Source: an uncultured Poribacteria bacterium (GTDB lineage: Bacteria > Poribacteria > WGA-4E > WGA-3G). From it: a stretch of DNA of 64,000 nucleotides. Positions within the stretch are counted from its first letter, which is position 1; each line of letters opens with the position of its first letter. The stretch spans positions 4,288,001-4,352,000 of the forward strand of contig CATQHZ020000001.1 of the NCBI GenBank assembly GCA_958296135.2. Reading direction: 5' to 3'. The position numbers were made by a program, and so were the translations under genes. Below the pieces are notes generated by a model. It saw nothing but the letters and a program-made list of their open reading frames with translations, had not been told where the DNA came from and made no database searches. Below are positions 1 to 11,200 of the stretch, piece after piece.

Positions 1-185
1 CGAAGCATCTGCTCGGCATCCGCGTAGCCGGGAATCCCGAAGGTCTTGGCGAATTTTTCGCGACGCAATGTGTCTGAACGGTTGGCACACGCGACGAGCT
101 CGCCTTGATAGACGTGTTGATAGGCGTTCGCGTGCCCGTAAGCTCTACTGCCGCAGCCTATGATTGCAGAACGGTATTTTGGCAT
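1..185 (-). CDS. Gfo/Idh/MocA family oxidoreductase (5' part; runs off window edge)
   Basis: Manual translation from ATG at 185: MPKYRSAIIGCGSRAYGHANAY..., a Rossmann IIGCG start typical of the family. Confidence 0.75.
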   Translation of the reverse strand, partial: MPKYRSAIIGCGSRAYGHANAYQHVYQGELVACANRSDTLRREKFAKTFGIPGYADAEQML

Positions 186-272
186 AAGGATATCCTCTCG
201 AGCACTTCATAGTGAGAATGAAATCAGGTTATTTCCGCAAACATCCCGCGTGTCCGTAGGGCGAGGGCCGTT

Positions 273-365
273 ACGGTCACGTCTACAGAAAATGTGCGTG
301 TGTCGCCCCGCGTAAACACGGTCACGTCTACAGAAAAAGTGCGTGTGTCGCCCCGCGTAAACACG
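273..365. repeat. 45-bp tandem duplication next to a REP half-site
   Basis: acggtcacgtctacagaaaa(t/a)gtgcgtgtgtcgccccgcgtaaac occurs twice; preceded by ccgtagggcgagggcc at 254. Confidence 0.85.
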
Positions 366-382
366 CTACCTTACTTTAACTT

Positions 383-428
383 TGTCATCTCTGCAGCCTC
401 GCTGCAGAGATGTCCACTGTCCCTCGCC
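383..428. repeat. Dispersed palindrome catctctgcagc-ctc-gctgcagagatg fused to a REP arm
   Basis: Reverse-complement copies at about 11749-11790, 11957-11997 and 18088-18128. Confidence 0.75.
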
Positions 429-457
429 TTGCGACAGCACACACGGAAGACAGCCCC

Positions 458-1270
458 CTAACGTTTCGTTTTGACGTGGGCCCACACCGTCGTCAACCGG
501 CCGAGCGGCGACACCGGCGTAAACCCGAATATTCTGCCGAGCCCATCGTTCATAATCTCGTTGATATCTGCCTCACTTAAAGCGGTGTTGAAGATGGCGA
601 CATCGTCCATGAGGCCCCGCGCGGGACGCTGGTCTGCCATGCCACCAATCTGGAGCGACTGCCCGGTAAGTCCGAAAACGCCGCCGGTTTTTGACTGCGC
701 GTCAACCTTCCCATCGACGTAGGCTATCATCTCCTTGCCATCGTAGGTAAAGGCGATGTGGTGCCACTTGTCGTCATTGACGAGCGTCGGGCCAGAAACC
801 CACGAAGGTGCAAGCTGCCCACTGCCTATCTCCACCTTCCCGTGCCCGCCGCCTCTGCCGGGGCCGAAGATATTCAACAGGCAGGTATACTTGAAATTGA
901 TGATGGCGTGGTCATCGTTGCAGCAGCCGCCCAGAACCACCTTCTCTTTCTTCTGGAGTTTCACCCACGTGGTGGTGGTGTATTCTTCAGCGCAGCTGTC
1001 GAGACTTTTGGAAGTCGGCACCATCGCAATCTGAAATTCCTTATCGCCAGATAAGCTGAGGGCCTTCTCAAATTTCCCATCGTCCACCAATGCCGCGCCC
1101 TTGAGCAGTTCGGCATCGTTGCCGTTTTCAGAAGAATCGGGGGACATATCCTGTTTATCCACCTCATCGAAGAGCCACACGCCGACGATGTTTTTGGCAT
1201 CAATCGCCGCATCGCTCACGGACATCGTGGCGATGAGACAGATTCCCATGAAAATCGCTAATTTCCGCAT
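458..1270 (-). CDS. Secreted LamG/concanavalin-like domain protein
   Basis: Signal peptide from MRKLAIF, GVWLFDE, WHHIAFTYDG, GLMDDVAIF, C-terminal PVSPLGRLTTVW motif. Confidence 0.85.
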   Translation of the reverse strand: MRKLAIFMGICLIATMSVSDAAIDAKNIVGVWLFDEVDKQDMSPDSSENGNDAELLKGAALVDDGKFEKALSLSGDKEFQIAMVPTSKSLDSCAEEYTTTTWVKLQKKEKVVLGGCCNDDHAIINFKYTCLLNIFGPGRGGGHGKVEIGSGQLAPSWVSGPTLVNDDKWHHIAFTYDGKEMIAYVDGKVDAQSKTGGVFGLTGQSLQIGGMADQRPARGLMDDVAIFNTALSEADINEIMNDGLGRIFGFTPVSPLGRLTTVWAHVKTKR

Positions 1271-1490
1271 GTTCGGTTCCTCCGTATCGGACAGACGCAA
1301 CCCCAACGCCGTAGGTGCGGGTTGCAACCGCACAACCTCCCCGCCTACCGGATTTGCGCCGGTCTTGTAGAAAAATATAGTGAGATTTTACCTTAATGTG
1401 AGGTTTTTGTCTAGAAAAAAGTGACATCGTTCAGAGTGGTTCAGTTCGTGGATAACCTGTAAGGACAGCGTCTAACGTGACAGAGAGACT

Positions 1491-2591
1491 TCAAGGCACA
1501 TAAACGCCTAACGCGACACCAGCATCCGTAGCAAACCAAAGTTTCCCATCCTTTCCCTCAAACACCGAGCGGACGTGAGGATGCGGTAACCCCGCGCCGG
1601 TGCTAAAGTTTTCAAACGTCTCGCCGTTATAGATGCTGACACCGGTGCCCGTCACACGTAACTCCGCGCTTACGTCCGTTTCGGTTTCATGCATGATAAG
1701 TTCCTGATGCACCCCCGTAAACCAAAGGGTGCCTCGGCTATCTTGCAGGATGCGGACAACCCGATTCATCGGAAGCACCTCACTGCGCGGAAATCTCACG
1801 AGTGCTTTGCCATCATATCGGCACAGCCCTTGTTCTTGGCTAATCCAGAGGTTTCCATTCGCATCAAACTGCAAATCTGTCAGATGTCCGGTCTCTTGGT
1901 GCCCCATCACTTCAAACGGGGCGAACGCCGTATCCACGGCGAAATAGCGGTGCTGAGCGGTTTGGACATTGTAATGGCTGAGGCCGGCATCGCTGCCGAA
2001 CCAGAAGTTCCCGGCGGCATCCTGCGCGATGGCTCTGACATCATCCCACCACTCGGGTAAGACGTTCATGCCGGTAGGGCCATCCATCATAAGCGTGTTG
2101 AACGTTGCGCCATCGTAACGACTCACGCCATTAGTTGCGAACCAGAAGGTGCCGGTGTTGTCCTCAAAGATATCGCTAACGGTTTTACCGCCGAGCCCAT
2201 CCGCGGGGGTAAAAACGTGGAATGTCTGGCCATCGTAGCGGCTCACGCCTTGTCCCGTAATCATGTTCGCTTTCAGAAACGTCACTCCGGTGCCAAACCA
2301 GAGCAGCCCTTGCCGTTCTTCAAAAATAAGCCCGACGATGTCTGCTGCTAATCCATCTGCAGTCGTGAAGGTGTGGAAGTGCGTTCCATCGTATCGGGTG
2401 ACTCCCTCGGTGGTGCCGAACCACATCGTGCCGTGGCTGTCTTCAAAAATAGCGAGCACGGTGTCGCTTGCGACTCCATCCGCTTGGGTGAAGGTTTTCT
2501 CGATGCGGAGTTCCCCCGCGTGACTGATAGATACCGCCCAAGAGAGCAGGAGAAACACTGCGAGCAGTCTCGCGCGCAATTGGCTTTGCAT
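1491..2591 (-). CDS. Secreted beta-propeller (two-component regulator propeller repeats)
   Basis: Repeated 'IFED..G.LWFGT..GV.RYDG' units; signal peptide; AGGAG RBS before ATG at 2591. Confidence 0.85.
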   Translation of the reverse strand: MQSQLRARLLAVFLLLSWAVSISHAGELRIEKTFTQADGVASDTVLAIFEDSHGTMWFGTTEGVTRYDGTHFHTFTTADGLAADIVGLIFEERQGLLWFGTGVTFLKANMITGQGVSRYDGQTFHVFTPADGLGGKTVSDIFEDNTGTFWFATNGVSRYDGATFNTLMMDGPTGMNVLPEWWDDVRAIAQDAAGNFWFGSDAGLSHYNVQTAQHRYFAVDTAFAPFEVMGHQETGHLTDLQFDANGNLWISQEQGLCRYDGKALVRFPRSEVLPMNRVVRILQDSRGTLWFTGVHQELIMHETETDVSAELRVTGTGVSIYNGETFENFSTGAGLPHPHVRSVFEGKDGKLWFATDAGVALGVYVP

Positions 2592-2633
2592 TGAAATAAC
2601 TCCTTTCGTTGTCGTCTTAACTTTTGTCAAGGC

Positions 2634-4865
2634 TTAGTTTTTTAGCATCTCCACAATTGCTCGATGCCCCTTGGATTCCGCCAGCATTGCCGCCGTATCG
2701 CCTTGCTGATTTTTCAAGTCGGCATCGGCCTGATGCGCAAGCAGAAGTCGCACGATGTCCGCATATCCGCGCCAAGCGGCATACATTAACGCTGTCTCAC
2801 CCCTGCGGTTGTGCGCATTGACAGCCGCGCCTTTTTCAAGCAGCCGCTTCGTTAATGCAACATCGCCTGTCTTATGGATGATGAAAATGAGCGGAGTATT
2901 GCCGTTGGCATCCGCTACGTTTACCACCGCGCCGTTGTCAATGAGGAACATCGCCACATCGGCATATCCCTTTTCGGCGGCAATGAGTAACGGAGTGCGC
3001 CCCAACGCGTCTTTGTGATTCACCTTCGGACGCGCCGCGCGGGTTGCGTTAACATCGCCACGCCAGACAGCACTGAGAAAATCATCCGGTAATTCGGTGA
3101 GAATGTGTTCCTGATTGGCAGGGAGGTTTTCGTAAACTTCTACAACGCCGCTCGGCCAGCGGATTTCCAACCGAGATGCGCCGGTGTTCTCGCCCAAACC
3201 GAAGTGCAAACGCGCGTCGTGGCTGCTCAGATAACTCGCGCATGGAGTGACATCACGGATGTGCCGCCTCAGCCCGTAGGGCGAGGGCCTGTCCCTCGCC
3301 GTGTCATCCGTTAAAATGACGCGCGCCCCAATCCCATCACGATTGCTGACTGTGCCGACGGTTTTTATCCGCAGCCAATTTTGCTTATTCCCGCTTTCGT
3401 TTCGCAATAAAGTTGCCGGGCCGTTTGACTGCGTGACAAGCATGTCAACATCGCCATCGTTATCGTAATCGCCGAAGCTGCTCCCTCGGCTGACTTGGGC
3501 ACGCTGAAAATAGGGGCCGGCAGTATCAGAAATCTCGCTGAACGTGCCATCGCCGTTATTGCGGAAGAGCTGGTTTGGTTGCGCATACGTGAGGACATCG
3601 TGCGTCTCAGCAATATTGTCAATGATATGCCCATTCGCAATGAAGAGCTCGAACCAGCCATCGTTATCGGCATCAAAAAAACCGGTGCCGAATCCGACAT
3701 AGAGATAACTCTCTTTTCCGAGGCGCGCCTCATAAATCACATCGGTGAAGGTGCCATCGCCGTTGTTACGGTAAAGCGCGTTCGTCTCGTAAGAGAGGTT
3801 CGTAACGAAGATATCCAGCGTGCCATCGCCGTTGTAATCGCCCGCGGCAACGCCCATGCCGGCTTGCGCCACGCCGTTGAAACTATAGGCGCACCCGGCG
3901 AGGAGCGAAAGCTCGCTGAACGTGCCATCGCCGTTGTTAAAGAAAAAGTCGTTGCGGGTGTCGTCGTTGGCGACATAAAGGTCTGGCGTGCCATCGTTAT
4001 TGAAGTCTGCCGAGACGACACCTAACCCCTTCCCGTGAAACATCCCGCCGATGCCGCCCACGCCTGCTTCTTGACTGACATCAGTGAACGTTCCATCGCC
4101 GTTGTTGCGGTAGAGTCTATCCGGCGCGCCTTCAAACAGAGAGGGATGGCAATAAGTGCGCGTCTCGCCTTCACCACACGGACGATAGGGCACATCCAGC
4201 GAATAGTTAAGATAGTTGACGACAAACAGATCGAGGTGCCCATCTCTATCATAATCGAGGAAGCACGCGCTGCTGCTCCAGGCCGCATCGCCGACACCCG
4301 CGTGCGCGGTGACATCGGTAAAAGTGCCATCGCCGTTGTTGCGATAAAGCACATTCGCCCCGAAATTGGTAACGTAGAGCTCGGTATCTCCATCGTTGTC
4401 GTAGTCGGCGCATGCAACGCCTTGGCCATAGTTGCCTCGGTTGCCAACGCCTGCAACGGCGGTGATGTCTGTAAAGGTGCCATCGCCGTTATTCTGATAG
4501 AGCGCAGCGGAAGTGTTGGGACGCATTGCTATATCTGTCCGCCCTGGCCAATAGCCGCTGTTGACGAGGTAAATGTCAAGCGCGCCATCGTTATCAGCGT
4601 CAAAGAAGGCACCGCCGGCACCGAGGGTTTCAGGTAGATGGTAGTCTCCCTCTGCACCGTTGACATGTCGGAAGTGGATGCCAGCCTCTGCCGTAGCGTC
4701 AACGAATTGGACATTCGCAGTTGATAAGCAGGGTATCCCACAACAAAAAAGGAGGATGAGCAGCATTACCGGTAGGCGCGCTTTCGCAGCGCGCTTTGGC
4801 AGCGCGCCCACGCGGTTGGTATGGTTGGTGGCGTGGATAGCGTTTTTCTGCGATGCAAGGTTCAT
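2634..4865 (-). CDS. CRTAC1-like FG-GAP/ASPIC-UnbV protein with C-terminal ankyrin repeats
   Basis: D.DNDG and NNGDGTF repeats, SNRDGIGARV, RLHFGLG, IRWPSG; then GRTPL/GNTPL/GETAL ankyrin repeats; start uncertain. Confidence 0.88.
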   Translation of the reverse strand: MNLASQKNAIHATNHTNRVGALPKRAAKARLPVMLLILLFCCGIPCLSTANVQFVDATAEAGIHFRHVNGAEGDYHLPETLGAGGAFFDADNDGALDIYLVNSGYWPGRTDIAMRPNTSAALYQNNGDGTFTDITAVAGVGNRGNYGQGVACADYDNDGDTELYVTNFGANVLYRNNGDGTFTDVTAHAGVGDAAWSSSACFLDYDRDGHLDLFVVNYLNYSLDVPYRPCGEGETRTYCHPSLFEGAPDRLYRNNGDGTFTDVSQEAGVGGIGGMFHGKGLGVVSADFNNDGTPDLYVANDDTRNDFFFNNGDGTFSELSLLAGCAYSFNGVAQAGMGVAAGDYNGDGTLDIFVTNLSYETNALYRNNGDGTFTDVIYEARLGKESYLYVGFGTGFFDADNDGWFELFIANGHIIDNIAETHDVLTYAQPNQLFRNNGDGTFSEISDTAGPYFQRAQVSRGSSFGDYDNDGDVDMLVTQSNGPATLLRNESGNKQNWLRIKTVGTVSNRDGIGARVILTDDTARDRPSPYGLRRHIRDVTPCASYLSSHDARLHFGLGENTGASRLEIRWPSGVVEVYENLPANQEHILTELPDDFLSAVWRGDVNATRAARPKVNHKDALGRTPLLIAAEKGYADVAMFLIDNGAVVNVADANGNTPLIFIIHKTGDVALTKRLLEKGAAVNAHNRRGETALMYAAWRGYADIVRLLLAHQADADLKNQQGDTAAMLAESKGHRAIVEMLKN

Positions 4866-4924
4866 AATCTTCTCTGTGAAATCGCATCGGGTGAATATAG
4901 AAATCCACCCTTACGTTCCTTACG

Positions 4925-5833
4925 TTAAGGTGCATCTGCCGCGAGGCGGAAGCCGATAAAACTGGTGCCACTTTTTGGATATTGCCCAATGCGCGTTGCA
5001 CATCGTGACAAAGGCACCGGGTTCAGCCACGAACCGCCTTTCACCACGCGCCGACTGCCAACCGTGGGGCCGGTAGGGTTCCGTTCTTCACTTCGGTGGT
5101 AATAAGTATCGGCGTACCAATCCGCTGTCCATTCCCAGACGTTGCCAGCCATATCCAGCGCGCCGTAAGGACTTGCGCCTGTTGGATATTGTCCTACCGG
5201 TGCAAGGTGCTTGAATCCGTCTTTTGCATGCCACACGTTCGCGTGAATAGTTTTATTTTTTAGGGGTTGTGAAAACGGGCTTCCCCACGGCCATCGGCGT
5301 GCATCCGTGCCGCGGGCCGCTTTCTCCCATTCCGCTTCGGTGGGGAGCCGCTTTCCAACCCACGCCGCGTACGCTACCGCATCGTGCCATGACACGCCGA
5401 CGACAGGATAATTCGGCTTGCTTTTCGCGACATCGGGCCACTCGCCGAATGCCTCGCCGTAACTGATAGGGGTATGTTCGCTCTCATCGCCGCCGGCCGC
5501 CAGCCAAAATGGGTAATACGCTGCATTGGTAACCTCGGTTTTGCCGATGTAGTAGGCATCCAGATAGATGTTGTGCGCCGGTGCTTCATTCGGAAACCGC
5601 CCATCTTCGCTTCCCATCGTAAAGATGCCGGCAGAGATGAGGAGCATTTCAGGTTCTGCCATCGCGCAGGGTAGGCATGCAAAGCGGAGAAAAAAGACAA
5701 TAAATATCCCCGCTCGGTAGGCGCGCGTTGTAAGTGCACCGAAGGGGTTCGTCCTGCGTGCGTCTTGCTTATTGAGAGTGTGACATGAGACGTTCATATT
5801 CTTGACGCGCTTTCTCCGCCTCGGCATCGGCAC
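4925..5833 (-). CDS. Formylglycine-generating enzyme (SUMF1/FGE-sulfatase) family protein
   Basis: FTMGS, RLPTEAEWEKAARG, DMAGNVWEW, GFR motifs; true start probably downstream of 5833. Confidence 0.88.
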   Translation of the reverse strand: MPMPRRRKRVKNMNVSCHTLNKQDARRTNPFGALTTRAYRAGIFIVFFLRFACLPCAMAEPEMLLISAGIFTMGSEDGRFPNEAPAHNIYLDAYYIGKTEVTNAAYYPFWLAAGGDESEHTPISYGEAFGEWPDVAKSKPNYPVVGVSWHDAVAYAAWVGKRLPTEAEWEKAARGTDARRWPWGSPFSQPLKNKTIHANVWHAKDGFKHLAPVGQYPTGASPYGALDMAGNVWEWTADWYADTYYHRSEERNPTGPTVGSRRVVKGGSWLNPVPLSRCATRIGQYPKSGTSFIGFRLAADAP

Positions 5834-6929
5834 CGGCGAGGCGATACGCTTTAGAAAGATTCAAATAGAACCGCGGCTCGGAAGGCTTTAAACCAATCGC
5901 GGTCTGGTATTGTTCAATCGCTTCGGGGTACTGCGCCAGCATCACATAAACCCCGGCAAGGCTGTTGCGATAGGTGGCGACGTTCGGTTTGCGCTGGATT
6001 ACCGCCTGATACATCGCCATCGCCTGCCAATAGTTTTGCCGCTGAAAGTGAAGAAAACCGAGTGCCTCGTAGCCGCGCGTCTCTTCCGGCGCGAGGGTGA
6101 CATAACGTTCTAACGCCTGCAGTGCCTCACCCCAATTCTGCCGTTTGAGATGGTGCCGGCCGAGTTGATACCACACCTGCGCGTTGGCAGGTTCTTGGCG
6201 CGCATACCGCTTCAGATGCGTCAGTTGTTCTTCCTCAATGGCCAACGTCTCAAAGCGTTTTAATGCGTCCTGCGCCGCCGCTATCTTGCCGATGCGTCGA
6301 TAGGTTGTGCCTAAACTGAAGTGCGCCTTGGCGTGAAACGGGTTCATTTCAAGCAGGTTTTTGAACGCTGCGATGGCCGATGTCCATTCCTCCTTTTGAA
6401 GATGCACGAGCCCGAGCGTGTAATGCGCCGTGTGTGAAGTTGGGTTCAATGTCACTGCGTGTTGAAGTTCAATAAGCGCGGCATCTGTCCGGTTGTCACG
6501 AAAATAGGCGATGCCTAATAACGTCCGCGCGCGCGCGTGGTTGGCATCCAGCTCGACGGCTTTCTGTAATACGTGAATGGCTTCATCGGTTTGCCCTAAC
6601 CGGATAAGCAGCACGTCGCCGAGTTCGCAGTATGCCTCAATATAGTCGGCATCGGCGGCGGTAGCGCGCCGAAACGCATCGGCGGCGGTGTCGAATTCCG
6701 CCATGCCGCTATAAATCAGGCCCAGCACGCAGTGCGCGTCCGCTAACGAAGCATCGAGCGACACTGCCTTTTCCAAGGAGGTTCGTGCTTTTTCCTGTTC
6801 GCCGTGGGACAGCGCGCGCAGCCCGGCATCATACAACCGCGCCGCAGGCGAAGCAAACGCGATGCCCGCGTGGAGGAATAGGAACAACGTGAGAGGAATT
6901 CTGAAGCATGAGATATTTTGATGCCTCAT
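5769..6929 (-). CDS. Exported tetratricopeptide repeat protein
   Basis: Multiple TPR-like helical repeats (A...LG..Y...A...F..A); signal peptide. Confidence 0.88.
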   Translation of the reverse strand: MRHQNISCFRIPLTLFLFLHAGIAFASPAARLYDAGLRALSHGEQEKARTSLEKAVSLDASLADAHCVLGLIYSGMAEFDTAADAFRRATAADADYIEAYCELGDVLLIRLGQTDEAIHVLQKAVELDANHARARTLLGIAYFRDNRTDAALIELQHAVTLNPTSHTAHYTLGLVHLQKEEWTSAIAAFKNLLEMNPFHAKAHFSLGTTYRRIGKIAAAQDALKRFETLAIEEEQLTHLKRYARQEPANAQVWYQLGRHHLKRQNWGEALQALERYVTLAPEETRGYEALGFLHFQRQNYWQAMAMYQAVIQRKPNVATYRNSLAGVYVMLAQYPEAIEQYQTAIGLKPSEPRFYLNLSKAYRLAGADAEAEKARQEYERLMSHSQ

Positions 6930-7033
6930 CGTATTGTGCCATGAGTGAACGTATGCGACGGGATGTCAAATGATTTTTTTTGCGGAACCCGGCGGCGCGG
7001 TTCAAAACCGCGCCTACCGGCAAGGTTACCGAA

Positions 7034-7852
7034 CTACCGCGACTTCTTTATCGCCGCCCACGCTGTTGTCAACCGGCCCTGTGGGGAGACAGGCGTTAAT
7101 CCAAGCACTGAACCGAGTCCATCGTTCATCAGCGTCTGGATATCCGCTTGCTCAAGCGGGACATTAAACACGCCGATTTCGTCTATCAACCCGAGCGCCG
7201 GTCTCGCGTTGTTGGCAGTGCCGCCCAGATTGACTTCCAGCCCTAGCGCGTCAAAGGTACCCGTGGTATCCTGCTCCTTATCGACTTCGCCATCGATGTA
7301 GACAATTGTCTTCGCGCCATCGTAAGTGAAGGCGAGATGGTGCCAGGTATCATCGTTGACTGTCTCATCGCCGAATAGCCAACTCGGCGCGAGGCCGCCG
7401 CTCCCTACCTCAACTTTCCCTTGGTTACCACCTCTGCCCGGCCCGAAAACATTCAGAATGTTCTTCCACCCCTCGGCAAAGGCGATAATCATGTGGTCAT
7501 CGGCGCAGCACGAACCGTGCGGATCCCCTTTACGTTGAATCTTCACCCAAGCAACGCCGGTGTATTCCTCGTTCGTGCTGTCAAGGCTCGATGAAGTGGC
7601 AATCTTGGCGTAGTCATCGTCGCCATCGAGGCTGAGAGCCTGCCCCCACTTGCCGCCACCGGCAACCTCGGCACCGTTCATCAGTTCACCGTCGTTTCCA
7701 TTGCCGCTGGCATCGCTGACATCGCCATCGTCAAAGAGCCAGACACCGACAGCGGTTGCACTGTCAATCGCCGCGAAACTTTGGAGCGGCAGTAGGCTGA
7801 AACCTAGTGTCATCAGTGCTAAAATCGGCAGAAGTGCCCAATGCTTTTTCAT
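7034..7852 (-). CDS. Secreted LamG domain protein, paralog of 458..1270
   Basis: Start MKKHW with AGGAG RBS; GVWLFD, WHHLAFTYDG; C-terminal PVSPQGRLTTAW. Confidence 0.85.
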   Translation of the reverse strand: MKKHWALLPILALMTLGFSLLPLQSFAAIDSATAVGVWLFDDGDVSDASGNGNDGELMNGAEVAGGGKWGQALSLDGDDDYAKIATSSSLDSTNEEYTGVAWVKIQRKGDPHGSCCADDHMIIAFAEGWKNILNVFGPGRGGNQGKVEVGSGGLAPSWLFGDETVNDDTWHHLAFTYDGAKTIVYIDGEVDKEQDTTGTFDALGLEVNLGGTANNARPALGLIDEIGVFNVPLEQADIQTLMNDGLGSVLGLTPVSPQGRLTTAWAAIKKSR

Positions 7853-8158
7853 GTTTACAGTTCTCCTTTTGTTATGCATAGTGAATGGTTTCCGAGACAC
7901 CGTGTCGCGGAAAATCCTAGTCACTTTTATTTTGTCATAAAGTGCGTCTGAAGTCAAGCGATTTTTTAGATGAAGACTTGCGCAGAACAACGTGGCCCCC
8001 TGCAGCAGTTGTGTGCTTGTTGTGGCGGATTGTAAGGGCGGATGTCTCTATCCGCCCGTAGCCGGCGAAAAAAAGAGCCCTTTCTTTTTTTAATCTTCAT
8101 CTGAGCCTGTCCTGTTTGCGATAGGGAGAGCGCAAACGAAGCCCGCGAAACAATTTTC

Positions 8159-8187
8159 TTGCAATTTATCCCAAATCACGTTATAAT
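8159..8187 (+). promoter_or_regulatory. Sigma70-type promoter for the RM gene
   Basis: TTGCAA-17bp-TATAAT. Confidence 0.6.
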
Positions 8188-8216
8188 TTTCCCTAAATCA
8201 CCCAGGCTGGAGGCCA

Positions 8217-11200
8217 ATGATGCTCAGCATCAAACCCACGCACAAACCGATAACAACCTATTACGCCGAACTCGGACAGTATACGAGCCTCGGCGCACAA
8301 CACGAAGGAGCCGTCCGCGTCGCCTTCCAGAACTTGCTGCAACACTATTGCGGACAACGCCATCTCGCGCTGATATGCGAGCAGACGCGCACCACCCCTA
8401 ACGGAAACCAGATTCGCATTGATGGCGAAATCGTCACCGACTTTGGCTTAGTCTTCGGACACTGGGAAGCGAAGGACTTGTTCGATGAGCTCCCCGCCGA
8501 AGCGCAACAGAAGTTGACAACCGGCTATCCTGCCAAAAATATCATCTTCCAAACCCCGCACCGTGCGAGACTCTACCAAAACGGTTCGCTCGTGCTGGAC
8601 TTGGACATCACCGAACCGCGTAATCTCGTCCAGCTGCTCGAGAGCTTCTTCGCCTACACCGAAGAAAACCTCGCCGACTGGGATGCAGCCGTGGACACTT
8701 TCCAAGATACCATCCCCGAGCTCGGCGCGAGACTCGAAGCACTCATCCAAACCGAACGCCAAAATACGCCCGACTTCCGCGAGGCGTTCGCGAACTTCCA
8801 TCAGCAGTGCAGAAACGCAATCAACCCCAACCTCGCTGAAACCGAAGTCGAACGGATGCTCGCGCAACACCTCTTGACAGAACGCATCTTCCGCACCGTT
8901 TTTGATAACCCGGATTTCACGAATCGGAATATCATCGCGCAAGAAATAGAAAAGGTGATTCGCGTGCTGACGCGGCACGCCTTGAATCGGAATCAGTTCC
9001 TCAACAGTCTTGATGGATTCTACGCCGCTGTGGAAAACACGGCACGGACGCTGACAGACTATTCGCAGAAGCAGGCATTTCTCAATACCGTCTATCAACG
9101 CTTTTTTCAAGGCTTCTCTGTCAAAACCGCCGATACACACGGCATCGTCTACACGCCGCAACCCATCGTCGATTTCATGGTGAACAGCGTGCAGCATCTC
9201 TTGAAAACCCACTTCGGCAAATCGCTGGCAGATACAGGTGTCCATATCATCGATCCGTTTGTCGGCACCGGCAACTTCATCGTCCGCCTGATGCAAGAAA
9301 TCCCCGGCATCGCGCTAGACAAAAAGTATCGCGGCGAACTCCACTGCAACGAGGTGATGCTGCTGCCCTATTACATCGCCACGATGAACATCGAACACGC
9401 CTATTTCGAGAAAATGGGACGGTATGAGCCGTTCAAGCATATCTGCTTCGTAGATACGTTCGATACCTTCGGGTTGATGGACACGCCGCATCAGACAGGG
9501 CAGTTTGCCTTTCTCACGCAGGAAAACACGCTGCGCGTCAAAGAGCAGAAAGATACCCCGATGTTCGTCGTCATCGGCAATCCGCCTTACAATGCGAGCC
9601 AAACCAACGAGAACGATAACAACAAGAACCGGCCCCACGAAGCAGTCGATGCGCGCGTCCGCGCTACCTATGCCGCTGCCTCCACGGCGCAACTGAAAAA
9701 CAAACTCTACGATCCTTACGTCAAATCCCTCCGCTGGGCATCGGATAAAATCGGGGAAGAAGGCATCATCGCGTTTATCACGAATAACAGTTTTCTGGAT
9801 GCGGCGATGTTCGATGGGATGCGGCAGTGTCTCGCCGAGGAATTTGACCGGCTTCATATCGTCGATCTGGGTGGGAACATTCGCAAGGGACAAAAGGGAG
9901 ATTCCAACGTGTTCGGCATTCAAGTCGGCGTGAGCATCAATTTCTTTGTGAAAACGAAGCAGCAACGCGCGGGCATCGCGCGCATCCGCTATACCGATGA
10001 AGCCGCCGCTTTGTCGAAGGCACGCACCTTCCAGTTTCTCGCAGCCCACGAACATATCGGGAATGTGACGTGGCGCGAATTGCAGCCAAATGCGCGCCAA
10101 CTGTGGCTCACGGAGGGGCTCGAACCCGACTTTGACACGTTCCTCCCGATGGGCACCAAGAAAGCAAAGGCGGCAAAAGGTGCTGTTGAAGGCACGCTCT
10201 TTAAAACCTATAGCCTCGGCGTGGTGACGGCTCGCGACGCATGGGCTTACAACTTCAAGCCGGCCGCGCTGCAAGAAAATATGACGCGGATGATGGCCTT
10301 CTTCAACGCCGAATGCGGCCGGTGGGAAGGGCGCGCCGACCGGGATGTCCACGTGAAGGATTTTGTGGATACCGATAAAACGAAGATAAAGTGGACCCGG
10401 AGTCTGCTGTCAAAGTTGCGTCAGGGCAAATTGGCAACGTTTTCGCCGGAAAAGATACGCCATTCTCTTTTCCGGCCGTTTACCAAAACGCACCTCTACT
10501 TGGATCGGATGATGAACGAGTGCGTCTATGTGATGCCCGCCATTTTCCCGACACCGGAAACCGAACAGGAAAATCGGGTTATCTGTGTCAATCTGACGAA
10601 AGAAAAACCTTTCACCTGTTTGATGGTAGACTGCATTCCCCAACTTACGATGACAGGGGGGTTTGGTTCACCAACACAATCTTTCCCTTTCTATATTTAC
10701 GATGAGGACGGCACCAACCGCCGAGAAAACATCACCGACTGGGCTCTCGCACAGTTCCGCGCACACTACGCCGACGAGACTATCACCAAGTGGGACATTT
10801 TCCACTACAATTACGCCGTTTTGCATCATCCTGACTATCGCGAACGGTATCAGGTGAACTTGAAGCACGATTTGCCGCATCTCCCGTTCGCCCCAGAGTT
10901 CTGGGGGTTCGTGAACATCGGGCGCGCTTTGGCAGACTTGCATGTCAATTATGAAGCACTTGACGTGCTGCCAAACGTCGTTGAGACACCGGGCGTGCCG
11001 CTGAATTGGCGCGTGGCACAGATGAAGTTGTCAAAAGACAAGACTGAGGTGCGATACAACGAATCGTTGACGCTAGTGGATATTCCGCCGGCCGTGTTTG
11101 ATTATCAGTTGGGGCGGCGTTCGGCATTGGAGTGGGTCCTCGATCAGTATCGGGTGAAGTCGGATCCGAATGGTAGTGGTATTGTTGCGGATCCGAATCG

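Noticed and set aside
8448-10352. Long antisense ORFs (282 and 345 aa) within the RM gene; likewise 49200-50279, 28288-29070, 47130-47921 and 57919-58623
   Set aside because: Shadow frames of well-supported genes in GC-rich DNA, with no recognisable motifs
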